DNA from: an uncultured Chloroflexia bacterium
GTDB taxonomy: Bacteria > Chloroflexota > Anaerolineae > B4-G1 > SLSP01
Assembly: GCA_963751345.1 (NCBI GenBank)
Contig: CAVVUS010000023.1
Span: 219,595 to 283,594, forward strand
Direction: 5' to 3'
DNA length: 64,000 nt
Shown: piece after piece, positions 23,941 through 35,224 of the stretch
How the letters are laid out: every line of letters starts with the position of its first letter
Position numbering within the stretch: the first letter of the stretch is position 1
The notes under the pieces: model-generated
Databases searched by the model: none
Seen by the model: only the letters and a program-made list of their open reading frames with translations
Told to the model about the DNA's origin: nothing
Translations under genes and position numbers: made by a program

Positions 23941-23976
23941 TGCTCTTACGTGTCCAATGGCTCCAGTATTGGGCGC

Positions 23977-24004
23977 ATTATAGCAGGTCCCGCGCGCGCC
24001 ACAA
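23977..24004 (-). promoter_or_regulatory. Sigma70-type promoter of the lasso operon
   Basis: Minus strand TTGTGG-N16-TATAAT with extended TGn, about 37 nt upstream of the kinase ATG. Confidence 0.55.
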
Positions 24005-24180
24005 CCCCAAGTGGCGCGGCTAGCGCGCTCACGGCATGGAGCCTTGCCAGGTCTCGGCGTGACGTCAAGGCACCTTCGCCCACGCAAGATCTGCGGCCGC
24101 ACAGGGCAGGCTAACCCTCGCAAGATCGGCCCTAGTGCAAGATCAGGCGACGTGTTCGGGAAAGCCACGACGGTCGGCGA

Positions 24181-24236
24181 AGACCTTTGGGGTTTCCTTC
24201 GAGCGGTACCTGACTCGAAGGAAACCCCAAAGGTCT
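24181..24236. repeat. 23-bp perfect inverted repeat (AGACCTTTGGG family)
   Basis: AGACCTTTGGGGTTTCCTTCGAG...CTCGAAGGAAACCCCAAAGGTCT; related copy at 42235. Confidence 0.75.
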
Positions 24237-25007
24237 CAGCGCGGGCGAGGGGGTCCATTCCCGAGGATCTCTTCTGTCTTTGCACTAGCTGCCCTTCTCT
24301 CCTCCGCATACACGTGCCCCGCCATGATCGCGCGGACCTGCTTGGCGGTCGTGGCGCGGTGGAGCGCGCCCATCCGCTCGGCCTCCTCGTCGCGGAGCTT
24401 GCGGACGTTGTCGAGGACGGCCTCCAGCTTGTCGGCCGGGAACTTGACGGCGCCGTTCTCGTCCATGTGGATGATCTCGCCGGGCGCGACGTCCATCCCC
24501 GCGACGTGGACCGGGACGTTGATGGCGTGGATCGCCTGGGGGCCGTGGCCCGGGCAGACGCCGCTTGTCAGGTACTGGAAGCCCATCGGGCGGATCTCGT
24601 CGATGTCGCGCGAGGGGCCGTTGGTGATCGCGCCGATGCAGCCCACGGCCTGCATCGCCGAGGTCATGTTGCCGCCGGACAAGCCCACCTTGCCCGCGAT
24701 CTCGGGCGGGAAGCGCTGCTCGAAGACGAAGATCGTGGGCTTTGGGCGACGCCTCCATCGCGTCGATCACGTCCATGAACGAGAGCCCGGGGAAGTTGGG
24801 GTCGGGCAGGCCGTAGACGCAGGTCACGGCATAGCCGGCGATGGCGCCCATCTCCGGGTACCAGCACCGTAGCCGCTGGTCGGTGTACCAGTTCATCGTC
24901 CATGGGTTGTAGAGCCCCAGGCAGAGCGGGTTGCCGGGGTACGTCGCCACGACGTTGGTGATGGACGGCGTGTCGAATTCGCGAAGCGCGGTCAGTAGGT
25001 CAGTCAT
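24236..25007 (-). CDS. RraA/HMG-CHA aldolase family protein (one indel)
   Basis: FDTPSITN, GYAVT, GGNM, TNGPSRDIDEI, GEIIHMDENG. Confidence 0.8.
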
Positions 25008-25052
25008 GTCAAACTCCTTTCAGTCGTTCCCTATCAGTTGTAGCTACGATCC

Positions 25053-26202
25053 TCATTCCGGCGCGGACTTTCTGATGAAGTCGAGGTCCAGCGTGATGCC
25101 CAGGCCGGGACGGTCGGGGATTGCGAGATAGCCATCCTCGAGCGCGAACTGCTCCACGGTGACGCCGTCGCGCAGCGGGTTGGGCGCTGCGATCGTATTC
25201 GAACCAAGGCTCTGCGGGGAAGCGGCGATCGGGGAAGTGGGGGAGCGCGGCGATGAGCTGCAGTGACGCCGCGAGACCGACGTTGGTACCCCAGACGTGG
25301 GGCACGACAGGTAGGTTTGCGGCGCTCGCCATCGCCACAATGCGCATCATCTCGGTGAATCCGCCGGTGGCGCAGAGGTCGGGCTGCAGGATGTCGACCG
25401 CGCGCCGATTGATGAGGTGGCGGAAGCCAAAACGGGTGTATTCGCACTCGCCACCAGCGATGGGTACGTAGCCGGCCTGGCGCAGTTCAGCGTAGCCATC
25501 TATGTCCTCAGGTGGCACAGGTTCCTCGAACCACGTGAGATCGTACGGGGCAAGGTCGCGCGCCAGACGCAGCGCCTCGGGGGCGTTGTAGGCGTGGTTG
25601 GCGTCGACCATAAGCGCCAACTCGTGGCCGATGGCATGGCGAATTGCGTGGACGTAGCGGAGGTCTGTGCGCGCGTCGTAGCCAATCTTCAGCTTCATGC
25701 CACGGAAGCCCTGCGATGCGTAACCTACGGCCTCTTCGACGAGGGCTTCGGCCACACTCGGCACGCCCTGGGGCTCGTAGAGGCCTGTGGCGTAGGCCTT
25801 CGCCCGTGTGCGGTAAGCCCCACCCAAGAGCTTGTGCACGGGAAGGCCCAGTGCCTTGCCCTTGATGTCCCAGAGCGCGATATCCACGGCGCTGATGGCC
25901 GATATTGTGAGGCCTTTCTGCCCCTGGTCGCGGGTCCAGTTGTAGAGCATGTCCCAGATGACGGACGTGTCGAGTGGGTCCAGCCCAAGGATCAGCGGGC
26001 CAAGCCCATGGTCGATCAGCCGGGCGACAATGGTCGAGGGGCCACCGAAGTAGAACGCTTCGCCGGCCCCCTGAATCCCGGCGTCGGTTTCCACGATGCA
26101 GATCGCAGTCTGGCGGCTGTTGCCGACGCGCTGCGACCATCCGAAGGCGTGGGTGCCCAGATCAGCCTGGAGGACATAGGTCCGGATGCCTGTGATGTGC
26201 AT
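25053..26202 (-). CDS. Mandelate racemase/MLE family (galactarolactone cycloisomerase-like)
   Basis: SAVDIALWDIKGK, KLKIG, VDANHAY, WFEEP, GGECE, PHVWG. Confidence 0.88.
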
Positions 26203-26239
26203 GGATGCTCCTTGATCGAGATCTAGACTCGTCCCGAAC

Positions 26240-29200
26240 TCAAGCAATCATCTCGCCGAGCTCGCGCATCTCGGCGACCACGTCGTCGGGGAGCACCGGC
26301 GGTTCGACACCCAACAGCCTGCAGGTGAGGAGCTTTTCGGCGGTCGACTCGATGATGAAGGTGACGTCGGCAGCCCGGCGAACGCTGCTGCCCGCGACGA
26401 CCAGCCCGTGATTTTGCATGAGCGCGGCAGAGCCGTGACCGCCGATTGCCGCGGCGACGGCGTCGGCCAGCTCGGTGGTGCCGGGTCTGATGAAGGGCAC
26501 CACCGGCACATCGCCGAGAAACGCGGCCTCCGCCGAGATCGGCAAAAACCGCGTGCCGGTCAGCGCCATCAGCATGGCCTGCGGGGCATGCGAGTGGACG
26601 ATGGCTTGGACGTCGGGCCGCTCACGGTAGATGGCGCAGTGGACGTGGCGCTCGCTGGAGGCGCTATAGCCGTTGTCGCTCAGGACGCGGCCCTGCAGGT
26701 CGATGCGTACGAGCATCTCCGGCTGCAGGGCTCCCTTGAAGACGGCGCTGGGCGTGATCCAGAGCTGATCCGGATTGCCGTCCACGCGCGCGCTGACATT
26801 TCCCCCTGTGGGTGTGATAAGCTGCGCCGCGTAGAGGTCGTGCACTGCTTCAAGGATGTCGTCCCGGACGTCGCCAACACGATGGGCGGGCGCCGGGCCT
26901 ATCGCCGCGGATGTCGCGACGGCGGGTATGGGGGAGGGCGAGCCGGACCCGGTAGCAGCGGGGCCGCCGATCCGGGTGAGGTCGCCGGGATCTCCGACCG
27001 CCTCGCGCGCCGCCGTGTAGAGCTTCCCCAGGTCGCCCTGCAGCCGCTGGAAGGCCATCGCTTTGCTGGTGTCGCCGCTGAAGGAGAGCTTGCCGGTCAT
27101 TGCTGCGCGCATACCGTTGACCTGGCCGGTGAAGATCCCGTCCAGGGTTGCCGCGCTCATCTTGAGGTGAACGTTCGCCGCCTGTGGCGGCGTGCCCATG
27201 CCGGCAGATACGCGTCCGCCGATGAAGCTGAGGTAGAAGTCCAGCGCCAGATCGCGCAGTGTGAACAACATCGTGACGTCCTTGCCCTTGGCGAAGTCGG
27301 CCATCTTGGGATCGGCGGCGACCGCGGCGGTGAAGCTATCCAGGATGCGCACAATCGTGTTCTCGGCGTCTCGGGATGCGGGCTGCGGCTCCGGCGCCGC
27401 TGCGGGCGTGCCACGGAATCGCCTGGCGAAGCGGCTGAACAGGCCTCGCTCAGTGGGCGCTGCCGGGTTACTCGCCGGTTCGCGTTCTGCTTGTGCCTGC
27501 GTCTGGAGTGCTGGGTCGACAGGGCCCGTCTGGGCGGAAACGGGACGTACGGCGGCCTCGCCAGCGTGTACCGTCCGCGCCTCTACCTGGAGATCGCTCA
27601 CAGCCGGACCGGGGCCCGCGGCCAACCGGTTCAGCGTCTCTGTCGCAACGCTCCTCTCGCCGGTCCAGGAGAAGCCGGCCAAGGTCTCCGGGTTCAGGAG
27701 GTGGTGCGGCCTCTCGCCCGCTAACATGCGCTCGATCTCGGCGACGACGACCGCGCCTTGATGCGCAGCAACGTCGTGGGTGTTCCCGGCCACGTGCGGG
27801 GTAGCGATCACGTTGGGGCAAGCGAGCAGCGGGTCGTCGGCGCCCGGCGGCTCGATGGAGAAGACGTCAAGTGCAGCGCCTCCCAGCTTCCCGGAGGTGA
27901 GAGCGTGCGCAAGCGCGCGGTCGTCGATCAGGGCTGCCCGCGCCGTGTTGATCAGGAACGCGCCATCCTTCATGTGGGCCAGGGCATCTTCGCCAATCAT
28001 GCCAAGCGTCTCATTTGTCACCGGCGCGTGGAGGCTGACGAAGTCGCTCTCGGCAAGGAGCCGATCGAACGACACCTTGGTGGCCCCGAGCAGCGCGGCT
28101 TCCCCGGTGCTTACAGCCGGATCGGTTATGACGATGCGGGCGCCAAAGGGCAACAAGCGACGGATCACCCCTCGTCCTACCGCACCTGCGCCGACCAGGC
28201 CAACCGTCTTGTGCCATAGTTCGTCGCCCTGGAAGCTCTCGTGGGCCATGCCCATGCGCCCCATATCGCCGGCCTCACCACCGGGCCGGCGCAGAAAAGC
28301 CGTTGCCTCCGGCAATTTCCGAGCCAACATCAGCATGAGCGCCAGAGCCAGATCTGCCACCGCGTCGGCATTTCGCCCCGGCGTGTTGACGACAGGGACA
28401 CCGGCGGCGGAGCACGCTGCGAGATCGACGTTGACAGGGTTTCCCCGGCACGCAAGGATCAGCCTCAGATCCGGCAGCTTCTGCAGAGCCTCTGCGTCGA
28501 CCACGTCCACTTCGGTGACGAAGACATGGTATCCCTCCAGTGCCTCCCACAGGTCCTCACCGACCAGGAGGCGGCTCTCCTGGCGGTAGCTGGCGAAGGT
28601 GACATCACCCAACTGCCGCAGCCGGTCCAGGGACGCGCCATCCACATCGGCGCTGACATAGATTCGGGGCCGGAAGCCGAAGGTGGGAGCCAGCTCCTGC
28701 TCATCGGGCTCCTGAAGGAGCTCCTGGACAATCGCCTCCGCCACGATTTCGTTGGTCTCGGCCTGTCCCTCGCGCATGTCCAGCCAGCGCGCATATCGTG
28801 ACTCGTACGCGTCCACCGACGCCGGCTGCGGCGTGTGGCTGCGGGTGACGGTGGTCAGCCTTTCCGCGCCGGCTGCCGCATCGCCGAATAACCCAGAGCC
28901 CACACCCGCGCAGATCGCAGCGCCCAATGCCGATGCCTCGGGAGGCCCCGCCACATTGATGGGGAGACGCGTCACGTCGGCGAGTATCTGGCCCCACAGC
29001 GCGCTGCGGCTCATGCCGCCGGCCAGCCGAAGCGTCTCGGGCGCTTGGCCTGAGACTTCCCGGACGCGTTCGAGGTTGAGCCGGACGGCGTAGGCCATGC
29101 CCTCCAGGACGGCTCGCGCCATCAGGGCCCTCCCAGGGGTGTCGCGGACCATGCTGGTAGCGGAGAAGGTCAAGTTATCCACAGGCAGACTGAGGTCCGA

Positions 29201-30253
29201 GGCGCTGAAAGCCCGTGCGCCCACTGTCGATGCGATGCCGCCTGCTCCGGGCGAAGCGTGAGCGGCCTCCGCGCAGAGGGCTGCGACGGGGTCCGGCAAA
29301 CCGGCATACCAGGCTGCGGCTACCCAGGCCAGAGTCTCGCCTGAGGATGCAGCGTTGCTCTCCAGTACGTAGAGACCCGGCACGACGTGCAGGTCGGTCC
29401 ACAGACGCTTCTTGGGATCGATGATCGGCCGGCTTGTCGTCAGCATGACGGAGGTCGTCGTTCCGGCTACAACCCCAAACTGACCTGATGTGGCGGCACC
29501 CGTCGCCAGGAGGGCACACTGCGTGTCGGCCCCGCCCGCAATCACGGGAGTTCCCGCCCGGAGGCCAAGATGCGAGGCTGCGGCATCGGTCAGCTCGCCG
29601 ACGACCGCGCCTGCATCCACGAGCTGCGGGAAGATGCGGCGCGGCAGTCCGTACGAAGCCAGAAGATCCGCGGCCCACTCGCGGCTCTCCAGATCGAGCG
29701 CCATCGTCTCGGCTGCCTGCGACCGGGTGAAAGCCACGTTGCCCGTCAGCCTGTAGCCGAGCCAGTCACTGACGCTGAGCGTTGCACGGGCGTCCTTCAG
29801 CAGGCCGGGGTCGGTCTGGGCCAACCACATCAGGCGCACGGCGCTGAGGATGGGGTTGGGCCAATGCCCCGTGCGCCGGTAGATCTCGTCGCCTCTGTCG
29901 TTGCCGATCTGTAGGGCCAAGATCCCCGCTCGGGCATCCATCGTAGGCGTCGCAAAGAGAACAGCGCCATCGCGGTCGATCAGGACCGTGCCGTGTCGCA
30001 TGGAGGTTATGCCGATGCCGGCGACGTTATCCGGGGTGGCCCCCGCTTGCTGCATGGCCTCGCGACAGGTCTCGCCGACGACGCGCCAGACAAGATCCAC
30101 GTCGAGATCGAGGGCCCAGTGACCGTGCTGCGGCGCGCGAAGGTGCGTCCAGCTGCGGGTGCTCGTCGTGGATTGCCCAGTCTCCGTATCGATGACCAGG
30201 CACCGCCCGCCGCTTCCGCCCAAGTCGAATCCTACCAGGTACCGTGCGCTCAT
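26240..30253 (-). CDS. Four-domain fusion: FGGY sugar kinase + D-2-hydroxyacid dehydrogenase + SCP2 + class II aldolase
   Basis: One open frame: FDLGGSGGR/GGADTQ/LEGMAY; GAGAVG/NTAR/DVFSIEP/TPHVAG; AAMTGKLSFSGD; GGNVSAR/SSE..VH/HSH/NHG. Confidence 0.88.
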   Translation of the reverse strand: MSARYLVGFDLGGSGGRCLVIDTETGQSTTSTRSWTHLRAPQHGHWALDLDVDLVWRVVGETCREAMQQAGATPDNVAGIGITSMRHGTVLIDRDGAVLFATPTMDARAGILALQIGNDRGDEIYRRTGHWPNPILSAVRLMWLAQTDPGLLKDARATLSVSDWLGYRLTGNVAFTRSQAAETMALDLESREWAADLLASYGLPRRIFPQLVDAGAVVGELTDAAASHLGLRAGTPVIAGGADTQCALLATGAATSGQFGVVAGTTTSVMLTTSRPIIDPKKRLWTDLHVVPGLYVLESNAASSGETLAWVAAAWYAGLPDPVAALCAEAAHASPGAGGIASTVGARAFSASDLSLPVDNLTFSATSMVRDTPGRALMARAVLEGMAYAVRLNLERVREVSGQAPETLRLAGGMSRSALWGQILADVTRLPINVAGPPEASALGAAICAGVGSGLFGDAAAGAERLTTVTRSHTPQPASVDAYESRYARWLDMREGQAETNEIVAEAIVQELLQEPDEQELAPTFGFRPRIYVSADVDGASLDRLRQLGDVTFASYRQESRLLVGEDLWEALEGYHVFVTEVDVVDAEALQKLPDLRLILACRGNPVNVDLAACSAAGVPVVNTPGRNADAVADLALALMLMLARKLPEATAFLRRPGGEAGDMGRMGMAHESFQGDELWHKTVGLVGAGAVGRGVIRRLLPFGARIVITDPAVSTGEAALLGATKVSFDRLLAESDFVSLHAPVTNETLGMIGEDALAHMKDGAFLINTARAALIDDRALAHALTSGKLGGAALDVFSIEPPGADDPLLACPNVIATPHVAGNTHDVAAHQGAVVVAEIERMLAGERPHHLLNPETLAGFSWTGERSVATETLNRLAAGPGPAVSDLQVEARTVHAGEAAVRPVSAQTGPVDPALQTQAQAEREPASNPAAPTERGLFSRFARRFRGTPAAAPEPQPASRDAENTIVRILDSFTAAVAADPKMADFAKGKDVTMLFTLRDLALDFYLSFIGGRVSAGMGTPPQAANVHLKMSAATLDGIFTGQVNGMRAAMTGKLSFSGDTSKAMAFQRLQGDLGKLYTAAREAVGDPGDLTRIGGPAATGSGSPSPIPAVATSAAIGPAPAHRVGDVRDDILEAVHDLYAAQLITPTGGNVSARVDGNPDQLWITPSAVFKGALQPEMLVRIDLQGRVLSDNGYSASSERHVHCAIYRERPDVQAIVHSHAPQAMLMALTGTRFLPISAEAAFLGDVPVVPFIRPGTTELADAVAAAIGGHGSAALMQNHGLVVAGSSVRRAADVTFIIESTAEKLLTCRLLGVEPPVLPDDVVAEMRELGEMIA

Positions 30254-30469
30254 TACCGATCCTTTCATGGCTGGGTATCGGCTCGCCAACATTGTGAGGC
30301 TACTTGGCATCCGGTCGTGCAGACGCCTGTGGAGGCACCCCGAAGGCAGGTGGTGCCCCTGACCTCGGCAAGATCTGACGCCCTAAGAGTGCGTTGTTCT
30401 CGTCAGGGTACTGCACGCCGCTGGTACGGTCAAGTGCCGGCGATTGGGTGTATAATGGCTCGCACGCCT

Positions 30470-31745
30470 ATGAACCCATACACACGCCTGACCATCATCG
30501 CGTTTCTCCTCTTCATGTCCAGAGGCATGACGGGCCCCTTGAGTTCGATCTACTGGCGATCCATGGGGGCAAGCTACCTGACCATCGGCCTGTTGGGCAC
30601 GGTCACGTCGATCACGGCGATTGTCTTCAGTTATCTCTGGGGACGCGCCTCCGATCGACTCGGACAGCGGAAGATCTTCCTGCTCGGCGGGTTGGGAGGG
30701 TTGGCCCTGTGCTATGTCCTGCTTGTCGGCGTCCGCGGGACGATTGTGCTCTTCCCGATCAGGGCCTTCACAGCGGTCTCACAGGCCGCGTACGACACTG
30801 CCAGCCTGGCGCTGATGGGAGATTGGCTCGAGCACCGGCAGCGCGAGCGTAGCCGCAACAGCGCGCAAGCCGGCGAGACGGCGGAGGCGCGGCGCGGGAC
30901 TGCCGGACGCAGGATGGGAACCTACCGGGGTCTGGCATCGCTGGGCTTTGGGCTGATGGCCTTCGTCTCGGGCACGATTGCCGATCGGTTCACACTTCGG
31001 ACGCCCTTCGCGCTTGCGGCGGGATTTCTCACCATCGCACTGCTGCTGGGTCTGAGCGTCCGCGAGCCACCGGCAGACGAAGAATCGGACGCAGCAGGAT
31101 CTGTCCGGCAAGGACCGGAGGCGTCGCGTCTCGGCGCTCTGAGGGTGCGACCCCATCGCCGCGCCTGCCTCTGCCGCCTCTGCTCGTCGCTGCACTGCTT
31201 TGGTCGCTGGTCGTTCGGCGCGGTCTATGCTGTGTGGGCCAACTATATGGTGGAGGAGATCGGGTATACCACCGCGCAGATGACCAGGCTGTGGTCCGTG
31301 GCCTCGCTCTCGGAGTTCCCGCTGATGATTCTCGCGGGCTGGCTCTCGGATCGCGTCGGCAGGTTGCCGATGCTGGCGATCGGGTTCCTGGCGTGGACCG
31401 TAGTCTTCGCGGGTTACCTCGTCGCTCCACAGATGCCCTTCATCGTCTTGGTGCAGTTGACGCGGGGATTCGCCTTCTCGGCCTACACCGCCACGGCGAT
31501 GACCTATGCTGCCGAAGTCAGGGCGCGGGCAGAACGCGGGCGGGTCTCGGGGATGTACGGCACGGCGGGTGCACTTGGCTCGATCATGGGCTCATCGTTG
31601 GGCGGCGCCGTGACGCAGTTCGCCGGGTTCCGCACGCTTGATCGGCGCCTGCGCCGGCATCATCTTCGCCGGGTGCGCTCTACCTGGGCAGCGTCGCCCT
31701 GCGTTTCGCGTCGAGTGTCAGGGCTGCCCTGTCAGAAGCGTCAGC
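30470..31745 (+). CDS. MFS transporter
   Basis: Motif A WGRASDRLGQRK and GWLSDRVGR; multiple TM segments; TATAAT at 30451; indels. Confidence 0.85.
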
Positions 31746-32533
31746 GCAGTAAGCAGCGTCCGTCCGAAAGGCGTGACGCGGAACGCCAGGAGCTTGGGCG
31801 CCAGGCCGGGCGGACGTTCGGCGTAGTCAGGTTCGATGATGCCAAAGTCGGCGGCGACGGTGATCACAATCCGGCGTACGGCCCACCGGAGCAGATCGGT
31901 GTGATCGCCGGTCCACTCCTCCTCCCACTCCAGACCCGTACGGCCGGCCAGAGTATCTGCAAAGGCGGGGAAGGGGATGCGCCGGCCCGGCGGAATGGCG
32001 GCCAGCCGCGAGAGGGTGATCCGTGTGAAGCCGCGGGGTAGATAGTCGCCCAGACCCGTCAGTGGGTAGGCGATCATCCAGTTGGTCTCAAACCACCAGA
32101 TCGTGAGCAGCTTCAGCACCTGGTGCGGGCTGTCGGCCTCCAGAAACGCTTCGCCCGCGGGGGTCAGCCGCCAGCGCGCTCCCTGGGGTGTGGTCAGCAG
32201 CCCTCCTACCTCCGCGATGCTGTGCAGGAAGTAGAGTGGCCAGAGGTTGTACTCTGTGCGCAGTTGGTATACCTGATCTCCAATCTTCTCCTCGAGCTCA
32301 GGGGGATTCACGAACTCCGCGGTGACCTGGCGGATCATCTTGAGCGGCATGTTCCCGGTGCTGCGCGTGCCCACGACCTTGTGTTCCTCGACGAAGTGCA
32401 GCAGCGTGACCATATCCCGGCGTAGGGCGAGTGTATCGGCGGCTTCGGTCGTAGTGTCGTCGCCGAAGTCTTCCGCCCATTCCTGGTATTGCCAGTCCTG
32501 CCTGGCTGCAATGCGCTCCAGTGGATCTTCCAT
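31718..32533 (-). CDS. Hypothetical protein
   Basis: MEDPLER start with GGAG; coding-like frame (LRRDMVTLL...STGNMPLK...FRVTPFG). Confidence 0.6.
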   Translation of the reverse strand: MEDPLERIAARQDWQYQEWAEDFGDDTTTEAADTLALRRDMVTLLHFVEEHKVVGTRSTGNMPLKMIRQVTAEFVNPPELEEKIGDQVYQLRTEYNLWPLYFLHSIAEVGGLLTTPQGARWRLTPAGEAFLEADSPHQVLKLLTIWWFETNWMIAYPLTGLGDYLPRGFTRITLSRLAAIPPGRRIPFPAFADTLAGRTGLEWEEEWTGDHTDLLRWAVRRIVITVAADFGIIEPDYAERPPGLAPKLLAFRVTPFGRTLLTALTLLTGQP

Positions 32534-32902
32534 AGCATCTCCCGTACTTCCTCGTGTGGTCCCGATCTGCGATGTCCCAGACCGGGCGAAGTATACGCCG
32601 AAAGCTGCCCGGGAACAGGGGTCCGTTGAGGGCAGGCATCGAGGCGTAGTCGCGTGCGAGAGCTTTGTCAGGGGTAGCTTACGAAACCTTGCGAAGGTGC
32701 GGACCGAGGGGATGTCCCCAAAGGTCCAAAGTCCCGAGGCCGATCCTCTTGCGAGGCCTTCGGGCTGACGTATACTGGCACGCGTGACATCCGCGGTGGT
32801 TGCATCGGATGAGGGCCGACGGGCTTCGGGGATTGGCTCCATTGCGCCGGACTACATCAGCCGATGGGCACAAATCTGGTACTGGAAAGGACGGTACATA
32901 CG

Positions 32903-33929
32903 ATGACGGTCTATCCAGCGGATCAGTGGGCGCGTGTGGCGCCCGAAGATGCCGGTTTCGATGTGGGGAGGCTGGTGCTCGCCAGCCAGTGGCTGGATGA
33001 CCACGCGCCCGAACGTGGGTATCGTGTGGCCATCGTCCGTGACGGCTACCTTGTGTTCCAAGTGAATGTCGGGTTCACGCCGGACGAGCGCCTGCCGATC
33101 GCATCGGCTGCGAAGTCGATCTTCGGCAACGTGCTGGGCATTGCCGTCCACGAAGGGCGTCTCTCCTCTGCCCGACGCGCCCGTGGTCGACCTTTATCCG
33201 GAGATGATGGATGTACCGGAGGGCACGGGGCCCAAGGAGGGCCGGTATGCCTTCCCCAAGGATCGGGCGGTGACCTATCGCCAGTTGATCTCGAACACAT
33301 CCGGCTATATGAAGCCCGGTGAGGAACCCGGCAAGGTCTTCAACTACCAGACCTTTGGCATGAACGTGCTGACGCACGCCGTCGCGACTGCCTATGGCCT
33401 CTACAATCTCGAGGACCCCGAGGGGTCGCCGGGATTCGCGGCGCTGGTGCGGGACAAGGTAGCCGACCCCATTGGTGCCCGGTGGGCCTACACCCTGTCG
33501 AACTTCGCACTGCAGGAGCGCGCGCGGCTGCCCATCTTTGGGTATTACTGCCAGATCCACACCGACCCGCTGGACTTGGCCCGCGTCGGCTGGCTATGGT
33601 GCAATTGGGGGCGCTGGGGCAATCGCCAGGTGGTTCCGGAGGCCTGGATGCGCGAGTCGGTGAAGGTCAATCGCGACTTGATGGTGAATGCGCCGCACGA
33701 ACAACAGCAGTACGGCTATGGCATCTGGACAAACGAGCAGGGCGTGCTCTGGCCCGACCTGCCGCGCGACGGCTTTACGGCCAGCGGCGCAGGGGGGCAT
33801 TACGCAACCGTCTTCCCGGGTCAGCGCCTGGTCATCGTTCAGAATCCCGGCCCCTATCTGGCGGGAGAGGCCGCCAGCCGCGCCAATGTCGAGTTCCTGG
33901 AGTTAGTGTTGGCGGCGCTTGTGGGATAA
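32903..33929 (+). CDS. Serine hydrolase, beta-lactamase family (one indel)
   Basis: SAAKS (SxxK), FNYQT, DLARVGWL, YGYGIW, ASGAGG. Confidence 0.85.
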
Positions 33930-33957
33930 GGCGAGACATGCTGAAAGGAGACGAAGC

Positions 33958-34948
33958 GTGAGTCAAAAGGTCTACGTGACCCGAGAGGTACCGGATGCGG
34001 GTCTCACTATGGTTCTGAAGGCCTGTGATGCTGAGGTGTGGGAGGGGGGACTTCCGGTCCCGCGTGAGGTACTCCTGGAGAAGGTCGCGGATGTCGATGG
34101 GCTCTATTGCCTGCTCACGGAGCGGGTGGATGACGAGCTGCTGGACGCCGCGCCCAACCTGCGCGTGGTGAGCAACTACGCCGTCGGGTTACAACAACAT
34201 CGATGTCGCCGCGTGTACGGCGCGGGGCATCCCCGTCGGCAACACGCCCGGCGTCCTGACGGATACCACAGCCGATTTCGCCTTCACGCTGTTGGTGGCT
34301 GCCGCGCGGAGAGTGACCGAGGCTGCGGCCTACGTGCTCGATGGAAAATGGCAGACCTGGGGGCCGAAGCTGCTGCTGGGCGTGGACATTTACGGCGCGA
34401 CGTTGGGCGTCATCGGCTATGGGCGGATAGGACAGGCGGTAGCTCGCCGCGCCCGGGGATTCGACATGCGCGTGCTGTACCACGATCCCTATGCCGCCGG
34501 AGGCTCCGGGGCGTCCGATCCCGACGGCCCGAGAGCCGTCGACCTGAACACCTTGCTCGCCGAGTCCGATTTTGTGTCGGTCCACGTCCCGTTGACCGAG
34601 GAGACGCACCACCTGATCGGCGCGGACGAGCTGGGCAAGATGAAGGCGACCGCGATACTGGTCAACACATCGCGCGGGCCGGTCGTCGATCCCGACGCCC
34701 TGACTGATGCCCTCGCGTCTCATCGTATTGCTGCTGCGGCGCTCGACGTCACCGAACCGGAGCCCCTGCCCGTGGATCACGCGCTCCTCGCACTGCCCAA
34801 CTGCATTGTCACCCCCCACATCGCCAGCGCCAGCGTCGCGACGCGCAACAAGATGGCCGTGATCGCTGCAGAGAATCTCCTGGCGGGCCTGGAGGGGCGG
34901 CGGATGCCACACTGCGTGAACCCTGAGGTGTATACCTCGGGCGAATAG
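33958..34948 (+). CDS. D-glycerate dehydrogenase/glyoxylate reductase (one indel)
   Basis: NYAVG, NTPGVLTD, GYGRIG, NTSRGPVVD, LDVTEPEP, TPHIASA. Confidence 0.9.
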
Positions 34949-34970
34949 GGGCCTGGTACCTGGGGTGATG

Positions 34971-35130
34971 GATATGCGCCTCGGACGGCGGATATGCACC
35001 TCGGACGGCGGATATGCGCCTCGGACGGCGGGCTCGCGCCTCGGACGGCGGTGCGCCTCGACGGCGGTCGCGCCTCGGACGGCGGTGCGCCTCGGACGGC
35101 GGGCTCGCGCCTCGGATGGTGGCGTGCGCC
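34971..35130. repeat. Tandem array of 8 units of 16-20 bp, core GCGCCTCGGACGGCG
   Basis: Read directly; each unit forms a CGCC-TCGGAC-GGCG mini-hairpin. Confidence 0.9.
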
Positions 35131-35146
35131 CCAAAGGCTGCCCAGC

Positions 35147-35174
35147 TTGACACGATGCCTTTCGCCCATAGAAT
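35147..35174 (+). promoter_or_regulatory. Sigma70-type promoter
   Basis: TTGACA-N16-TAGAAT upstream of the ATG at 35225. Confidence 0.65.
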
Positions 35175-35224
35175 GGCATTATCTTGTTGATCTCGATAGT
35201 GGCATTCATTGAAAGGACGGCATC

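Noticed and set aside
34971-35130. CRISPR array
   Set aside because: Units are 16-20 bp with 1-5 nt linkers, there are no unique spacers, and no cas genes are present
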